Positions 22,357 through 31,771 of a DNA stretch of 64,000 nt are shown piece by piece. This stretch comes from Patescibacteria group bacterium (GTDB lineage Bacteria; Omnitrophota; Gorgyraeia; Gygaellales; Profunditerraquicolaceae). Both the position numbers and the translations under genes were made by a program. Location: NCBI GenBank assembly GCA_035506195.1, contig DATJPV010000023.1:1050-65049 (forward strand), given 5' to 3'. Numbering within the stretch: the first letter of the stretch is position 1; each line of letters opens with the position of its first letter. The notes under the pieces were generated by a model that was not told the DNA's origin, ran no database searches, and saw nothing but the letters and a program-made list of their open reading frames with translations.

Positions 22357-22821
22357 TTATTTAACTTTCTGATAAAGGTACTTCTGCAGGGCGTTCCAAG
22401 TGCGTTTGCCTGCCTTGCCGTCGACATGCAAGCCGTTATCCTTCTGGAATGCCTTTATGGCGTTACGGGTCTGCTTGCCCCCCTTGCCGTCGATCGGACC
22501 CGGGTCATAACCGGCATTCTTTAATGCGATCTGGACATGCTTCATGGTAGGCCGCGACTTTACTTCGGGAACCACTTTTTCCGCGACGGCCTGCTGGTCC
22601 GCTACTTTGGCCTGAGCAACCGTGTTTGCCTTATTCAATTCATCTTTTAAACCGTTGATCTCTTCGTCCTTAGACTGAAGCTGCGTTTCCATGACCGAGA
22701 TCTGATTGCGTAGCCCCTGGACCTCGAGGTCCTTCTGTTTCCGGGCGGTTGCACAGCCGCTTAACATTCCTACCACCGATACCAGCGCAAAGAGCGCCAC
22801 TAGTTTCCTTGCCATCAACAC
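22357..22821 (-). CDS. Lipoprotein with coiled-coil and C-terminal peptidoglycan-binding (PG_binding_1-like) domain
   Basis: 154 aa. Lipobox LSGC after a signal peptide, a Q/E-rich coiled-coil, and a C-terminal IALKNAGYDPGPIDGKGGKQTRNAIKAFQKDNGLHVDGKAGKRTWNAL that resembles PG-binding domain repeats. It is inserted between hisF and hisA. Confidence 0.6.
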   Translation of the reverse strand: MLMARKLVALFALVSVVGMLSGCATARKQKDLEVQGLRNQISVMETQLQSKDEEINGLKDELNKANTVAQAKVADQQAVAEKVVPEVKSRPTMKHVQIALKNAGYDPGPIDGKGGKQTRNAIKAFQKDNGLHVDGKAGKRTWNALQKYLYQKVK

Positions 22822-22835
22822 TCCTCCTTTTTGAT

Positions 22836-23555
22836 TTATCCTAACTTCAATGCCTGGGTTAACGTAAATTTTCCCTCATACAACGCTTTGCCCACGATCA
22901 CTCCGGTAAGGCCGGCCTTTTCCAGGACCTTAAGCCGCCTGATATCGTCAAGGGAAGAGACCCCGCCGGAAGCAATAATGCGTAATCCCGTCTCCTTAAG
23001 GAGGTTCTTTATCCCCTGGATGCTTGGCCCTTTCAGGGTGCCGTCTTTCAATACGTCGGTATAGACCATGTGGGTAAAGCCTATCGCCTTGATGAGCGCG
23101 GCAAACTGCATGATGTCGACAGCGCCCCGGTTCGACTGCCAGCCCTTGATCAGCACCAAACCGTCCTTGGCATCAGCACTGATGAGGACGCGGTCTTTGA
23201 ATACCTTGAAGATCCTTTTGAGGAAACCGGCGTCTTCGACAGCCTTTGTCCCCACGATGACCTTGCTGACCCCGTATTCCAAGGCCGTCCTGATAGTCTC
23301 GGCCGTGCGCACCCCTCCGCCGAACTGCACCGGAACGCCCGCCTCCCGGACAATGGCCTTAACCAGGTGCAAGTTCTTGGGTGTGCCGGTAAAAGCCCCG
23401 TCGAGGTCAACCACGTGCAGCAGCTGCGCGCCAAGGCGCGCCCAGTGTGTGGCGGTTTTAACGGGGTCATGCGAATAGATCTTTTTATCAAGCCTGCCCT
23501 GGACAAACCTGACCACGCAACCGTCCTGTATGTCTACTGCCGGAATAATTAACAC
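22836..23555 (-). CDS. hisA: ProFAR isomerase HisA
   Basis: 239 aa. MLIIPAVDIQDGCVVRFVQG…VQFGGGVRT…ASGGVSS. Confidence 0.93.
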   Translation of the reverse strand: MLIIPAVDIQDGCVVRFVQGRLDKKIYSHDPVKTATHWARLGAQLLHVVDLDGAFTGTPKNLHLVKAIVREAGVPVQFGGGVRTAETIRTALEYGVSKVIVGTKAVEDAGFLKRIFKVFKDRVLISADAKDGLVLIKGWQSNRGAVDIMQFAALIKAIGFTHMVYTDVLKDGTLKGPSIQGIKNLLKETGLRIIASGGVSSLDDIRRLKVLEKAGLTGVIVGKALYEGKFTLTQALKLG

Positions 23556-24160
23556 AGGTTAACGAAATTCTTTAACATAGTAAGACCGGTATCCTGACTT
23601 TTCTCCGGATGGAACTGCACGCCGTACACATTATTCTTCCAGACGACCGAAGCAAACGCTATCCCGTAATCGGTGCGGGTGGCGACATCCTGCTGATCCT
23701 GGGGCTCGGGATAATACGAGTGGCAAAAATAGACAAACGCCCCCTCGGCTATATCCCGCAGCAAGGGGCAGGCGGCTTTCTTGACGGAAAGCTGGTTCCA
23801 TCCCATGTGCGGCACTTTCAAATCCGCATCTTGCGCAAAACGTTTAACCGCGCCCTTCAGTAACCCTAAGCCTTTCGATGTCCTGGCTTCCTGGCTTTCC
23901 TGGAAAAGCAGCTGCATCCCCAGGCAGATACCCAGGAAGGACTTGCCCGCGGCAACCTGCTCTTTGATCGCTTCAATGAGGCCTCGCTTCTCTAACTCGG
24001 CCATGGCATCGTCAAAGGCGCCGACCCCGGGAAGCACGATCTTGTCTGCGGCAGCGATATCGGCCGGCCTGTTGGTCACCGTTGTGGCTGCCGACATGCG
24101 CTCCAACGCCTTCTGAACGCTGTGGATGTTGCCCATGCCGTAGTCAATGATCGCGATCAT
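23549..24160 (-). CDS. hisH: Imidazole glycerol phosphate synthase glutamine amidotransferase subunit HisH
   Basis: Start placed at MIAIIDYGMGNIHSVQKALE (complement of 24158-24160), directly after the hisB stop. Class-I glutamine amidotransferase with GICLGMQ and a HPEKS-like C-terminus. The longer ORF-track version (to 24361) would overlap hisB. Confidence 0.9.
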   Translation of the reverse strand: MIAIIDYGMGNIHSVQKALERMSAATTVTNRPADIAAADKIVLPGVGAFDDAMAELEKRGLIEAIKEQVAAGKSFLGICLGMQLLFQESQEARTSKGLGLLKGAVKRFAQDADLKVPHMGWNQLSVKKAACPLLRDIAEGAFVYFCHSYYPEPQDQQDVATRTDYGIAFASVVWKNNVYGVQFHPEKSQDTGLTMLKNFVNLC

Positions 24161-24161
24161 C

Positions 24162-24767
24162 CTAGTCGATAACCCCTTTGGTTGAAGGGACCCCTTTCCT
24201 TCGGGGATCGATCTGCGTGGCTTGATCAAGGGCCAGCCCCAAAGCTTTGAAGATCGGCTCCAATGTCGTATGCAGATCGGGGCTGATAGGCTCGACCATG
24301 ATATTGACGTTGGCGCCCAGGTGCTTGGCGAAAGCGTCAAATAAATGCTCGGCATCGGCAAAGCTGTAACCGTCCTGCGTCTTGGGAGAAGCCAGGCCCT
24401 TGCTTGTCTTTAAGATGTAGTAACCCCTGCCGCTGATATCTACGCTGACGTTTGCGACCACCTCTTCCATGGGCACCGCCGCAGAACCAAACCTGCGGAT
24501 GCCTTTCTTTTCACTCAGCGCTTTCTTAAAAGCCTCGCCCAGGACCAGACCTACATCTTCGTTGGTGTGGTGGATGTCAACCTTGAGGTCGCCCTTGGCG
24601 CAGATACGCAAATCAAATAATCCGTGGAATGCAAAAAGCTCAAGCAGATGATCAAGCATGCCGATGCCGGTGTCGATCTTCGCTTTCCCGTCACCGTCAA
24701 CAGCCAAGGTAACCGTAATATCGGTCTCCCTGGTTTTTCTCTTGATGGTTGCAACGCGTTTTTTCAT
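24162..24767 (-). CDS. hisB: Imidazoleglycerol-phosphate dehydratase HisB
   Basis: 201 aa. DTGIGMLDHLLELFAFHGLFDL…DIHHTNEDVGLVLG are IGPD motifs. Confidence 0.94.
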   Translation of the reverse strand: MKKRVATIKRKTRETDITVTLAVDGDGKAKIDTGIGMLDHLLELFAFHGLFDLRICAKGDLKVDIHHTNEDVGLVLGEAFKKALSEKKGIRRFGSAAVPMEEVVANVSVDISGRGYYILKTSKGLASPKTQDGYSFADAEHLFDAFAKHLGANVNIMVEPISPDLHTTLEPIFKALGLALDQATQIDPRRKGVPSTKGVID

Positions 24768-24784
24768 GGGGCGCCCTCTCCGGT

Positions 24785-26011
24785 TTATTTGAACCTGGCT
24801 TTTACTGAATCAAGATGCCTGGCTAAGCCCTCGATCCCGGCTATTTTTTCCAGCGGCTCCTTGATCCTTTCCAGTGCCTTCTTGGAATAACTAATTATAT
24901 GGTTACTTTTGATAAAGTCAAGGGCAGAAAGTCCCGAGAAAAACCGCGCAGTACCGGATGTCGGCAGCACATGGCTTGGCCCGGCGACATAATCTCCTAC
25001 CGCAGCCGGGCTATAAGGGCCCAGGAAGATGGCGCCTGCGTTCCTTATCCCTTTGACCAGCCGCTGCGGATTGTGCACAAGGATCTCCAGGTGTTCGGGG
25101 GCGATCTTGTTCGAGATCCCTACGGCCTGTTCGAGGTTCTCGGTCAAAATGATGAAACCGTCGATACCGTCCATGCGGGATTTGACTTCCCTGGCCAGGC
25201 TCTTGGAATTAGTGATCAAGATGGCCAAACCGCGCGCATGCTCTGCCTGCGCCTTCAGGTCGGCAACGATGAAATCGGGGTCGCTGTAACGGCTGGCGAT
25301 AACGACCAATTCGGTCGGACCGGCGATCATGTCGATATCGACATATCCGAATACCTGGCGCTTAGCCTCGGTCACATAGATGTTGCCGGGGCCGACGATC
25401 TTATCGACCCTGGGGATGGTTTTGGTCCCGTACGCCAGGGCGGCGATAGCCTGGGCGCCTCCCGCCCGATAAATCTCATCGACCTTCAGGAGGTCTGCGA
25501 TAACCAGGATATGGGGATTGATCCGGCCGGTCTCATCCGGGGGGCTGACCAGCACGATCTTTTTTACCCCGGCGATCTTCGCCGGCAGCACGGTCATATA
25601 CACCGATGACACCAGGGGCGCCGTACCTGCGGGGATATACACCCCGATTTTTTCCAGGGGCGTATAATTTTCCCCCAGCATGACGCCGTCTTGGCCTTTC
25701 ATCCTCCAGGATTTCTTGATGGTCCGGCGGTAGAATTGAGTCACATTCTCGATGATGACCTTGAGGCTGGAGACGAAATTGGGGCTGATATTCTGATAGG
25801 CGCCGCTTATCTCGATCTGGGAAACCTTTAACTGCTTGGGGGCCAGGCGGACCCGGTCAAACTTCTTGGTGTACTTCAAAACCGCCTCATCCCCTAAGAC
25901 CCTGACATCCTCGATGATACGCTTGACTTTCTCCGTCACCCGTTTAGAGCGGACGAACTGGCGGCAATATATTTTTTCAAGCTGGGGGCTCGTTGAACGT
26001 ATGATTTTCAT
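24785..26011 (-). CDS. hisD: Histidinol dehydrogenase HisD
   Basis: 408 aa. HisD-like throughout (…IAGPTELVVIA…AQAEHA…GDYVAGPSHVLPTSGTARFFSGLS…). Confidence 0.92.
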   Translation of the reverse strand: MKIIRSTSPQLEKIYCRQFVRSKRVTEKVKRIIEDVRVLGDEAVLKYTKKFDRVRLAPKQLKVSQIEISGAYQNISPNFVSSLKVIIENVTQFYRRTIKKSWRMKGQDGVMLGENYTPLEKIGVYIPAGTAPLVSSVYMTVLPAKIAGVKKIVLVSPPDETGRINPHILVIADLLKVDEIYRAGGAQAIAALAYGTKTIPRVDKIVGPGNIYVTEAKRQVFGYVDIDMIAGPTELVVIASRYSDPDFIVADLKAQAEHARGLAILITNSKSLAREVKSRMDGIDGFIILTENLEQAVGISNKIAPEHLEILVHNPQRLVKGIRNAGAIFLGPYSPAAVGDYVAGPSHVLPTSGTARFFSGLSALDFIKSNHIISYSKKALERIKEPLEKIAGIEGLARHLDSVKARFK

Positions 26012-28632
26012 AGGCTAACCTGGCTGATAGCGCGTGTGAGCTTCTCGAGGGCTTTGTTGAGATTTTCCGGCTTGCTCCCCCCTGCCTGAGCGAAATCTTT
26101 CCTGCCTCCGCCGCTGCCTCCTATTTCGGAAGCAACCTCCTTTATGAGCTTGGAGGCATCGATACCTTTGGCGCACAGGTCCTGCGTAACCGCAATAACT
26201 ACGCATGCCTGACGGTCGTTCCCGGAAGTACCGACAAAGATGGCGTTACTGGTTTTGGCTTTTACCAGATCCGCAGCCTTCCTTAATACGTCCATCTGCG
26301 CGTCTTTATAGTCTTTCGTGATCAACTGCAGCCCGTTGATATCTTGCCCCTCCTTGATAACGCTATCAATGGAGTTCTTTAGCGCCTCGCCCTTAAGCGC
26401 ATCCAGCTGTTTTTCTATCGCCCTGATCCTGGCCAGGCGTTTTTCCAATTCCCCGTAGGCGTTCTCAATCGGCACGCCCAGAAGCGCGGCGATATCGGCC
26501 AGGGACTGCTCTTCTTCCTTGACCAGCCTATACGCCGCGTCTGCCGTCACCGCCTCTATCCTTCTTACGCCGCTGGCTACCGAGCCTTCCTGGGTTATCT
26601 TGAATAAACCGATCTGGCCCGTATGGCTCAGGTGGGTGCCTCCGCAGAATTCCTTGGAAACGTCTCCTACCGATACTATGCGCACCTTGTCATCGTATTT
26701 TTCTCCGAAAAAAGCCAGGGCGCCGCTTTTTCTTGCCTCGGCCAAAGCAAGCTCCGTAACGCAAAGGCCTTGGTCACGGATGACTTCTTTATTTACCAGT
26801 TCTTCGATCCTGTCTAATTCCGGCTGGCTAACGTCTTTAAAATGCGTAAAATCAAAACGCAACCTGTCCTGCGCCACCAGGGACCCCTGCTGCTGCACAT
26901 GGTCGCCCAGGACCTTGCGCAAGGCTGCCTGCAAAAGATGCGTGGCGGTGTGGTTACGCGCTACTGCCAGCCTGCGTTCGACGTCTATTTCCGCCGACAC
27001 GGTATCCGACTTTTTGAAAGCGCCTTGCGCCACCCTGCCGATATGGACGATCACTTTATCCGATTTCCTGGTGTCGAGCACCTCAAACACATTCGGGCCG
27101 TTTATCAGGCGGCCCGTATCGCCGACCTGTCCTCCTGACTCGGCGTAAAAGCAGCTCCGGTCCAGGACCACCCGGGCCTCTTCCCCTTTCTGGATGAGTT
27201 GGGCCTCGCCGGGATCCTTGAGGATCTTCAGGATCCTGGCCTCCTGAACGTACGCATCGTAACCGGTAAACTGCGTTTCCTTAACGCCCAGGTCCAGGTC
27301 TTTTATATCAAAGACGTCGCCTTTCATGTTGCTTTGCGATTTTGAACGCTGCTTTTGTTCGTCAAGCTCCCGGTCGAATGCATCTTCGGAAACCGCTATG
27401 CCGCGTGCCGCCAGCCAGTCCTTCGTTAATTCGAAGGGGATCCCGTATGTATCATACAACTGGAAGGCAACCAGGCCGACCTGGCGGGAAGCAGAGGCTC
27501 CGGTAAAACCGCGGAATTTCTCCTCGAACAGGGCCGCGCTTGAATCCAGCGTCGCCAGAAAACCCTTTTCTTCCGACAGGATGACCTCGGCGATATTTTC
27601 ACGGCGACCGACCAACTCAGGATACGGGTCTTTCATAATGTCTGCCAGGATCGGCACGAGCTTGTATAAAAAAGGTTTCTTGAACCCCAAGGAGCGCAAG
27701 GAAAGCGAGCTCTTGCGAATGAGCTTTCGGATGACATAGCCTCTGCCTTCGTTTGAAGGCAGGACGCCGTCGTATATCGCAAAGACCACTGCGCGCAGGT
27801 GATCGGCAACGGCATACGTGTATTCTTTGCTCTGAGGGGCCTCTTTCTTCGAACCGCCCTCGATTTCCTTGAGGAGCGGCCGGAACAAATCGGTCTCGAA
27901 GTTATTCGGCACCCCCTGCATTACCGCTGCCAGCCTCTCCAGCCCCATCCCGGTATCGATGTTCTTCTGCGGCAAAGGTTCCAAGGCGCCACCCTCCCGG
28001 CGGTTGAATTGAGTAAAGACAAGATTCCATACCTCGAAGAATCTTCCGCAATCGCAGCCGGGGTTGCAGTCGGCTTTTCCGCAGCCCACCTCTTTGCCGC
28101 GGTCAAAAAAGATCTCCGAACACGGGCCGCAGGGGCCGTTGGGGCCCTTCTCTTTTGCTTCCGACGGCCAGAAGTTGTGCGTATCCCCCAGCCGGATAAT
28201 CCTGGCCGCAGGGACCCTGACCGCATCCCTCCAGATCGCATACGCCTCATCATCGTCTTTGTACACCGAGACCCACAGCTGCTCCGGGGGGACTTTCAGT
28301 TCCTGCGTGAGAAATTCCCACGCCCAGGCAATCGCCTCTGCCTTGAAATAATCCCCGAAAGAGAAATTACCGAGCATTTCAAAGAAGGTATGGTGCCCGC
28401 GGGTCTTGCCTACCTTATCCAGATCATCCGTGCGCAGGCACCGCTGGGACGAAGCAGCGCGGGTGTAATCGGTAATCAAGCCAAGGAACTGCTTTTTGAA
28501 CTGGTTCATCCCCGCCGGGGTAAACAGAACGGTAGGGTCCTCCCGGGGGACAAGCGAATCACTCTCTACGATCCGGTGGCCTTTGGAGGCAAAGAACTCA
28601 AGGAATTTTTTTCTAAGGGCGTCTGCGGTCAT
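26008..28632 (-). CDS. alaS: Alanine--tRNA ligase
   Basis: 874 aa. Class-II aaRS core (…FTPAGMNQFK…FEMLGNFSFGDYFK…), an editing domain with HTATHLL, and a C-terminal DHHA1-like domain. recX lies upstream as in many genomes. Confidence 0.96.
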   Translation of the reverse strand: MTADALRKKFLEFFASKGHRIVESDSLVPREDPTVLFTPAGMNQFKKQFLGLITDYTRAASSQRCLRTDDLDKVGKTRGHHTFFEMLGNFSFGDYFKAEAIAWAWEFLTQELKVPPEQLWVSVYKDDDEAYAIWRDAVRVPAARIIRLGDTHNFWPSEAKEKGPNGPCGPCSEIFFDRGKEVGCGKADCNPGCDCGRFFEVWNLVFTQFNRREGGALEPLPQKNIDTGMGLERLAAVMQGVPNNFETDLFRPLLKEIEGGSKKEAPQSKEYTYAVADHLRAVVFAIYDGVLPSNEGRGYVIRKLIRKSSLSLRSLGFKKPFLYKLVPILADIMKDPYPELVGRRENIAEVILSEEKGFLATLDSSAALFEEKFRGFTGASASRQVGLVAFQLYDTYGIPFELTKDWLAARGIAVSEDAFDRELDEQKQRSKSQSNMKGDVFDIKDLDLGVKETQFTGYDAYVQEARILKILKDPGEAQLIQKGEEARVVLDRSCFYAESGGQVGDTGRLINGPNVFEVLDTRKSDKVIVHIGRVAQGAFKKSDTVSAEIDVERRLAVARNHTATHLLQAALRKVLGDHVQQQGSLVAQDRLRFDFTHFKDVSQPELDRIEELVNKEVIRDQGLCVTELALAEARKSGALAFFGEKYDDKVRIVSVGDVSKEFCGGTHLSHTGQIGLFKITQEGSVASGVRRIEAVTADAAYRLVKEEEQSLADIAALLGVPIENAYGELEKRLARIRAIEKQLDALKGEALKNSIDSVIKEGQDINGLQLITKDYKDAQMDVLRKAADLVKAKTSNAIFVGTSGNDRQACVVIAVTQDLCAKGIDASKLIKEVASEIGGSGGGRKDFAQAGGSKPENLNKALEKLTRAISQVSL

Positions 28633-29102
28633 GAATCAAGTTTTGAAATGGCCTCAACAATTGCATCGGACGAAAATCCGCGGCGTACAAGGGAGGAAAA
28701 GATGCGCCTTTTGGCTTGCTGGGGATCGAGCCCCTTCAGTTTCCCGGATTTTTCCCGGACAAGTCTTTCGACGATCGCCTCTTCCGAATACTCTTCTTTG
28801 ACCCTGCCGATCTGGCGATCGATGATATCGCTATCGATGCCCTTCAGCCTTAATTCCACGCGCAATCTGCGCAGTCCCAACGGCTTTTTGATACGGGACG
28901 CGATCCAGGCGCGGGCGAACTCATCGTCATCGAGAAAGCCCTTTTCTTTCAGGAAAGAAACGACCTGTGCAATCGTCTGGCGGTCGAACTTCTTGGCCTC
29001 CAGGCGCCGGGATATCTCTGCTTCGCTGCGCATCCTGAATTTAAGCAAGAGGAAGGCGTAGCGTTTTGCCTTCTGGAGCGCGGGCGAATCCTGTTTATTC
29101 AC
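28629..29102 (-). CDS. recX: Regulatory protein RecX
   Basis: 157 aa. Repeated three-helix RecX-like modules (…RSEAEISRRLEAKKFDRQTIAQVVSFLKEKGFLDDDEFARAW…). Lies upstream of alaS and near recA. Confidence 0.85.
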   Translation of the reverse strand: MNKQDSPALQKAKRYAFLLLKFRMRSEAEISRRLEAKKFDRQTIAQVVSFLKEKGFLDDDEFARAWIASRIKKPLGLRRLRVELRLKGIDSDIIDRQIGRVKEEYSEEAIVERLVREKSGKLKGLDPQQAKRRIFSSLVRRGFSSDAIVEAISKLDS

Positions 29103-30558
29103 CTGTTTTTACCACGCAGAAGCCGCGGTTGGTCTTAATCAGCACATCACCGCGCGCTTCCGAGGTCAACCGCGCGTAATCGCCGAGGTTGGCTACCGGC
29201 TGATTATTGATCTGGCGGATGATATCCCCGCTCATGAGCCCGGCATCGTCTGCAGGGCTGCCCGAGGCGACTTCCGAGATTACCACTCCGGAGGCATCCT
29301 CCAGGTTAAAATGCCTGGCTACATCGGGGGTGATCTCCTGCACCCGCAACCCCCGCCATACGCCTTCAGGCGCAGACGTCATTTTCTCTATATTCTGAGG
29401 CCGCTCTCCGATCTCGACGGAGATGGAAACTTCTTTTTTATTCCGGATGACCGTAACTGTCGTTTTCTTGCCGACGTCGGTTTTGCCCACGGCATTGAGC
29501 AATTCACGGACGCTGGCGATAGGTTGATTGGCAAGGCGGACGATCACATCTGCGTCCTTGATGCCGGCTTTCTGTGCCGGCCCGTTCTTGACTACGCCGG
29601 CGACCAAGGCTCCCTTTTTCTCGGTAAGCCCAAATTGCTTTGCCAAATCGTCATTGAGGTCCTGGACGGTCACCCCCAGCCAGCCATACAATATTTTCTT
29701 GCCTTCGATCAGGCGGGCAATGATCCTCTTGGCGGTATTGCTGGGAATGGCAAAACCGATGCCTTGATAGCCGCCGCTGGTAGAGAATATCGCCACGTTG
29801 ATCCCTACTATTTCTCCTTTAAGGTTCACCAGGGGCCCGCCGGAATTTCCGGGATTTATCGCCGCGTCAGTTTGAATGAGGTCCCCGTAATCCCGGTCAT
29901 TGGGCATGGCCTTGCCTAATGAACGGTGCAGCGCGCTGATCACGCCCGCCGTCACGGTAGGTTCGGGGTTCTGGAGCGCAAAACCGAAAGGATTACCGAT
30001 CGCCACTACCCACTGCCCGATCTTTGCGCTATCGGAATCCCCGAGGGCGGCCACGGGCAGGTTACGGGCATTGACCTTAACCACGGCCAGGTCGGAACGG
30101 GAATCCTGCCCCTTGATCTCCCCCTTGAACTCTCTGCCATCGGGCAGGGTTACGGTAATCTTATCCGCCCCGTCAACCACGTGCTCATTGGTAAGGATAT
30201 AACCTTCGGGGTCGATAATCACCCCCGAGCCAAGGCCTACCTGTTTATACTCCTGGTCGGGCATGTTACGGAAATAATCGCCGAAGAAACGACGCAGAAA
30301 TTCATCATCGCCAAAGGGGGATTGGGCGCCCGGGGGGACGTTGAAATAAAACCTCCTGCCTGCCGGGGCTTTATCGGTATGCTCCGTACTGATCGAAACC
30401 ACTGCCTTGCCTACGGTACGGGCTACTTCGATTACGCCGTTCTCTAAACTAGGCTGCTCCCCTTGCGATGGCGCCGGGGGCACCTGGCCCTGTGCTGACG
30501 AAAAGACGCTTAACCGCATGACCAAAACCAAAGCAAAAAATGCGATTTTTCTTTTCAT
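29095..30558 (-). CDS. HtrA/DegP-family periplasmic serine endoprotease with two PDZ domains
   Basis: 487 aa. Signal peptide, trypsin-like catalytic triad context (…[10 protein letters not shown]…DLAVVKV…[18 protein letters not shown]…), followed by two PDZ-like segments. Confidence 0.92.
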   Translation of the reverse strand: MKRKIAFFALVLVMRLSVFSSAQGQVPPAPSQGEQPSLENGVIEVARTVGKAVVSISTEHTDKAPAGRRFYFNVPPGAQSPFGDDEFLRRFFGDYFRNMPDQEYKQVGLGSGVIIDPEGYILTNEHVVDGADKITVTLPDGREFKGEIKGQDSRSDLAVVKVNARNLPVAALGDSDSAKIGQWVVAIGNPFGFALQNPEPTVTAGVISALHRSLGKAMPNDRDYGDLIQTDAAINPGNSGGPLVNLKGEIVGINVAIFSTSGGYQGIGFAIPSNTAKRIIARLIEGKKILYGWLGVTVQDLNDDLAKQFGLTEKKGALVAGVVKNGPAQKAGIKDADVIVRLANQPIASVRELLNAVGKTDVGKKTTVTVIRNKKEVSISVEIGERPQNIEKMTSAPEGVWRGLRVQEITPDVARHFNLEDASGVVISEVASGSPADDAGLMSGDIIRQINNQPVANLGDYARLTSEARGDVLIKTNRGFCVVKTGE

Positions 30559-30574
30559 GGCTGTGCCTCCAACA

Positions 30575-31636
30575 CTATTTTTCCGCCTTCTCTTCTTTCT
30601 GGTCTATCTCAAGCGCGCCGGCGCTGATCTTCTTGCGGACTTCTTTCTCGATATCATCCTGAAGCTTGGGTTTTTCTTTAAGCAGCTTGATCGCTCCGTC
30701 CCTGCCCTGGCTGAGCTTTTCATTCTGAAAAGAAAGCCACGATCCGGATTTTTCCAGCACTCCCAGGCTAATCGCCGCATCGATAACGCATCCGGTTTTG
30801 GCGATCCCCTCGGCATGCAGGATCTCGAATTCTGCCTCTTTGAAAGGCGGGGCTATCTTGTTCTTGACGACCCTGGCCCGCACACGGTTGCCGATCACCA
30901 TCTCCCCGGACTTCAAGGTAGCGATCTTACGCAGGTCAAGCCTTACCGAAGCATAGAACTTGAGCGCCCGGCCGCCGGGCGTGGTTTCGGGAGAGCCGAA
31001 CATGACGCCGATCTTCTCTCTGATCTGATTAATAAAAATGACACAGGTTCGCGATTTACTGATCGCGCCGGTCAGCTTCCGGAGCGCCTGCGACATCAGC
31101 CTTGCCTGTAAGCCGACATGAGCATCCCCCATCTCTCCTTCGATCTCGGCGCGAGGCGTAAGCGCTGCCACCGAATCGATAACGACCATGTCTACGGCAT
31201 TGGAACGCACCAGCGTTTCGGCAATTTCCAGGGCCTGCTCGCCTGTGTCCGGCTGGGAGATCAAGAGCTCATCCAGATTGACCCCGATAATCTTGGCATA
31301 TGTCGAATCGAAGGCATGCTCTGCATCGATAAACGCAGCCACCCCTCCTTTTTTCTGGATCTCTCTGATAACCGTTAAAGTAAGCGTTGTCTTTCCTGAA
31401 GCCTCGGGACCAAAAACTTCGATAACCCTGCCCCTCGGCAGGCCTCCTATGCCTAAAGCCCAATCCAGCGTAAGGGCGCCGGTAGGGATGGCTTCGACAT
31501 CGGCCTTCACGTGGCTGCCCAACTTCATGATCGAGCCTTTCCCGAACTGCTTCTCGATCTGGGTAAGGGCCAGCTCCAGGGCCTTTCTGCGGTCAGAAAG
31601 ATCTTTTGTTTCCTCTTTTTTCTTTTCTATAACCAT
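30575..31636 (-). CDS. recA: Recombinase RecA
   Basis: 353 aa. Walker [13 protein letters not shown], and L1/L2 loop regions (…[36 protein letters not shown]…). Confidence 0.97.
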   Translation of the reverse strand: MVIEKKKEETKDLSDRRKALELALTQIEKQFGKGSIMKLGSHVKADVEAIPTGALTLDWALGIGGLPRGRVIEVFGPEASGKTTLTLTVIREIQKKGGVAAFIDAEHAFDSTYAKIIGVNLDELLISQPDTGEQALEIAETLVRSNAVDMVVIDSVAALTPRAEIEGEMGDAHVGLQARLMSQALRKLTGAISKSRTCVIFINQIREKIGVMFGSPETTPGGRALKFYASVRLDLRKIATLKSGEMVIGNRVRARVVKNKIAPPFKEAEFEILHAEGIAKTGCVIDAAISLGVLEKSGSWLSFQNEKLSQGRDGAIKLLKEKPKLQDDIEKEVRKKISAGALEIDQKEEKAEK

Positions 31637-31683
31637 TGCAACCTCCGATGTTGAACGCTGTTTTGTGTGTAATCGAGAAAATA

Positions 31684-31712
31684 ATTATAGCTTAGCCTGA
31701 TTTGGCTGTCAA
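31684..31712 (-). promoter_or_regulatory. Consensus sigma70 promoter upstream of recA
   Basis: Minus strand reads TTGACA (complement of 31707-31712), a 17-nt spacer gccaaatcaggctaagc, then TATAAT (complement of 31684-31689). It is followed by a leader with GGAGG 8 nt before the recA ATG. Confidence 0.65.
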
Positions 31713-31771
31713 ACAAAATCCTCCTTTCTACTACAATAGACGCAAAAAGGAGGAAAATCTAACTCTCTTAC

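Noticed and set aside
24161-24361. 67-codon N-terminal extension of hisH overlapping hisB
   Set aside because: The conserved HisH sequence starts at MIAIIDYGMGN, immediately after the hisB stop. The extension is Ser/Pro-rich and overlaps hisB out of frame.
27799-29061. 420-aa plus-strand ORF overlapping alaS and recX
   Set aside because: Antisense to two well-supported genes. Translation is Arg/Pro-rich without motifs. Spurious.
31637-31771. LexA/SOS box at the recA promoter
   Set aside because: Searched for CTGT-N8-ACAG, GAAC-N4-GTTC and other palindromes around the TTGACA/TATAAT elements. Nothing convincing, so no operator feature is reported.
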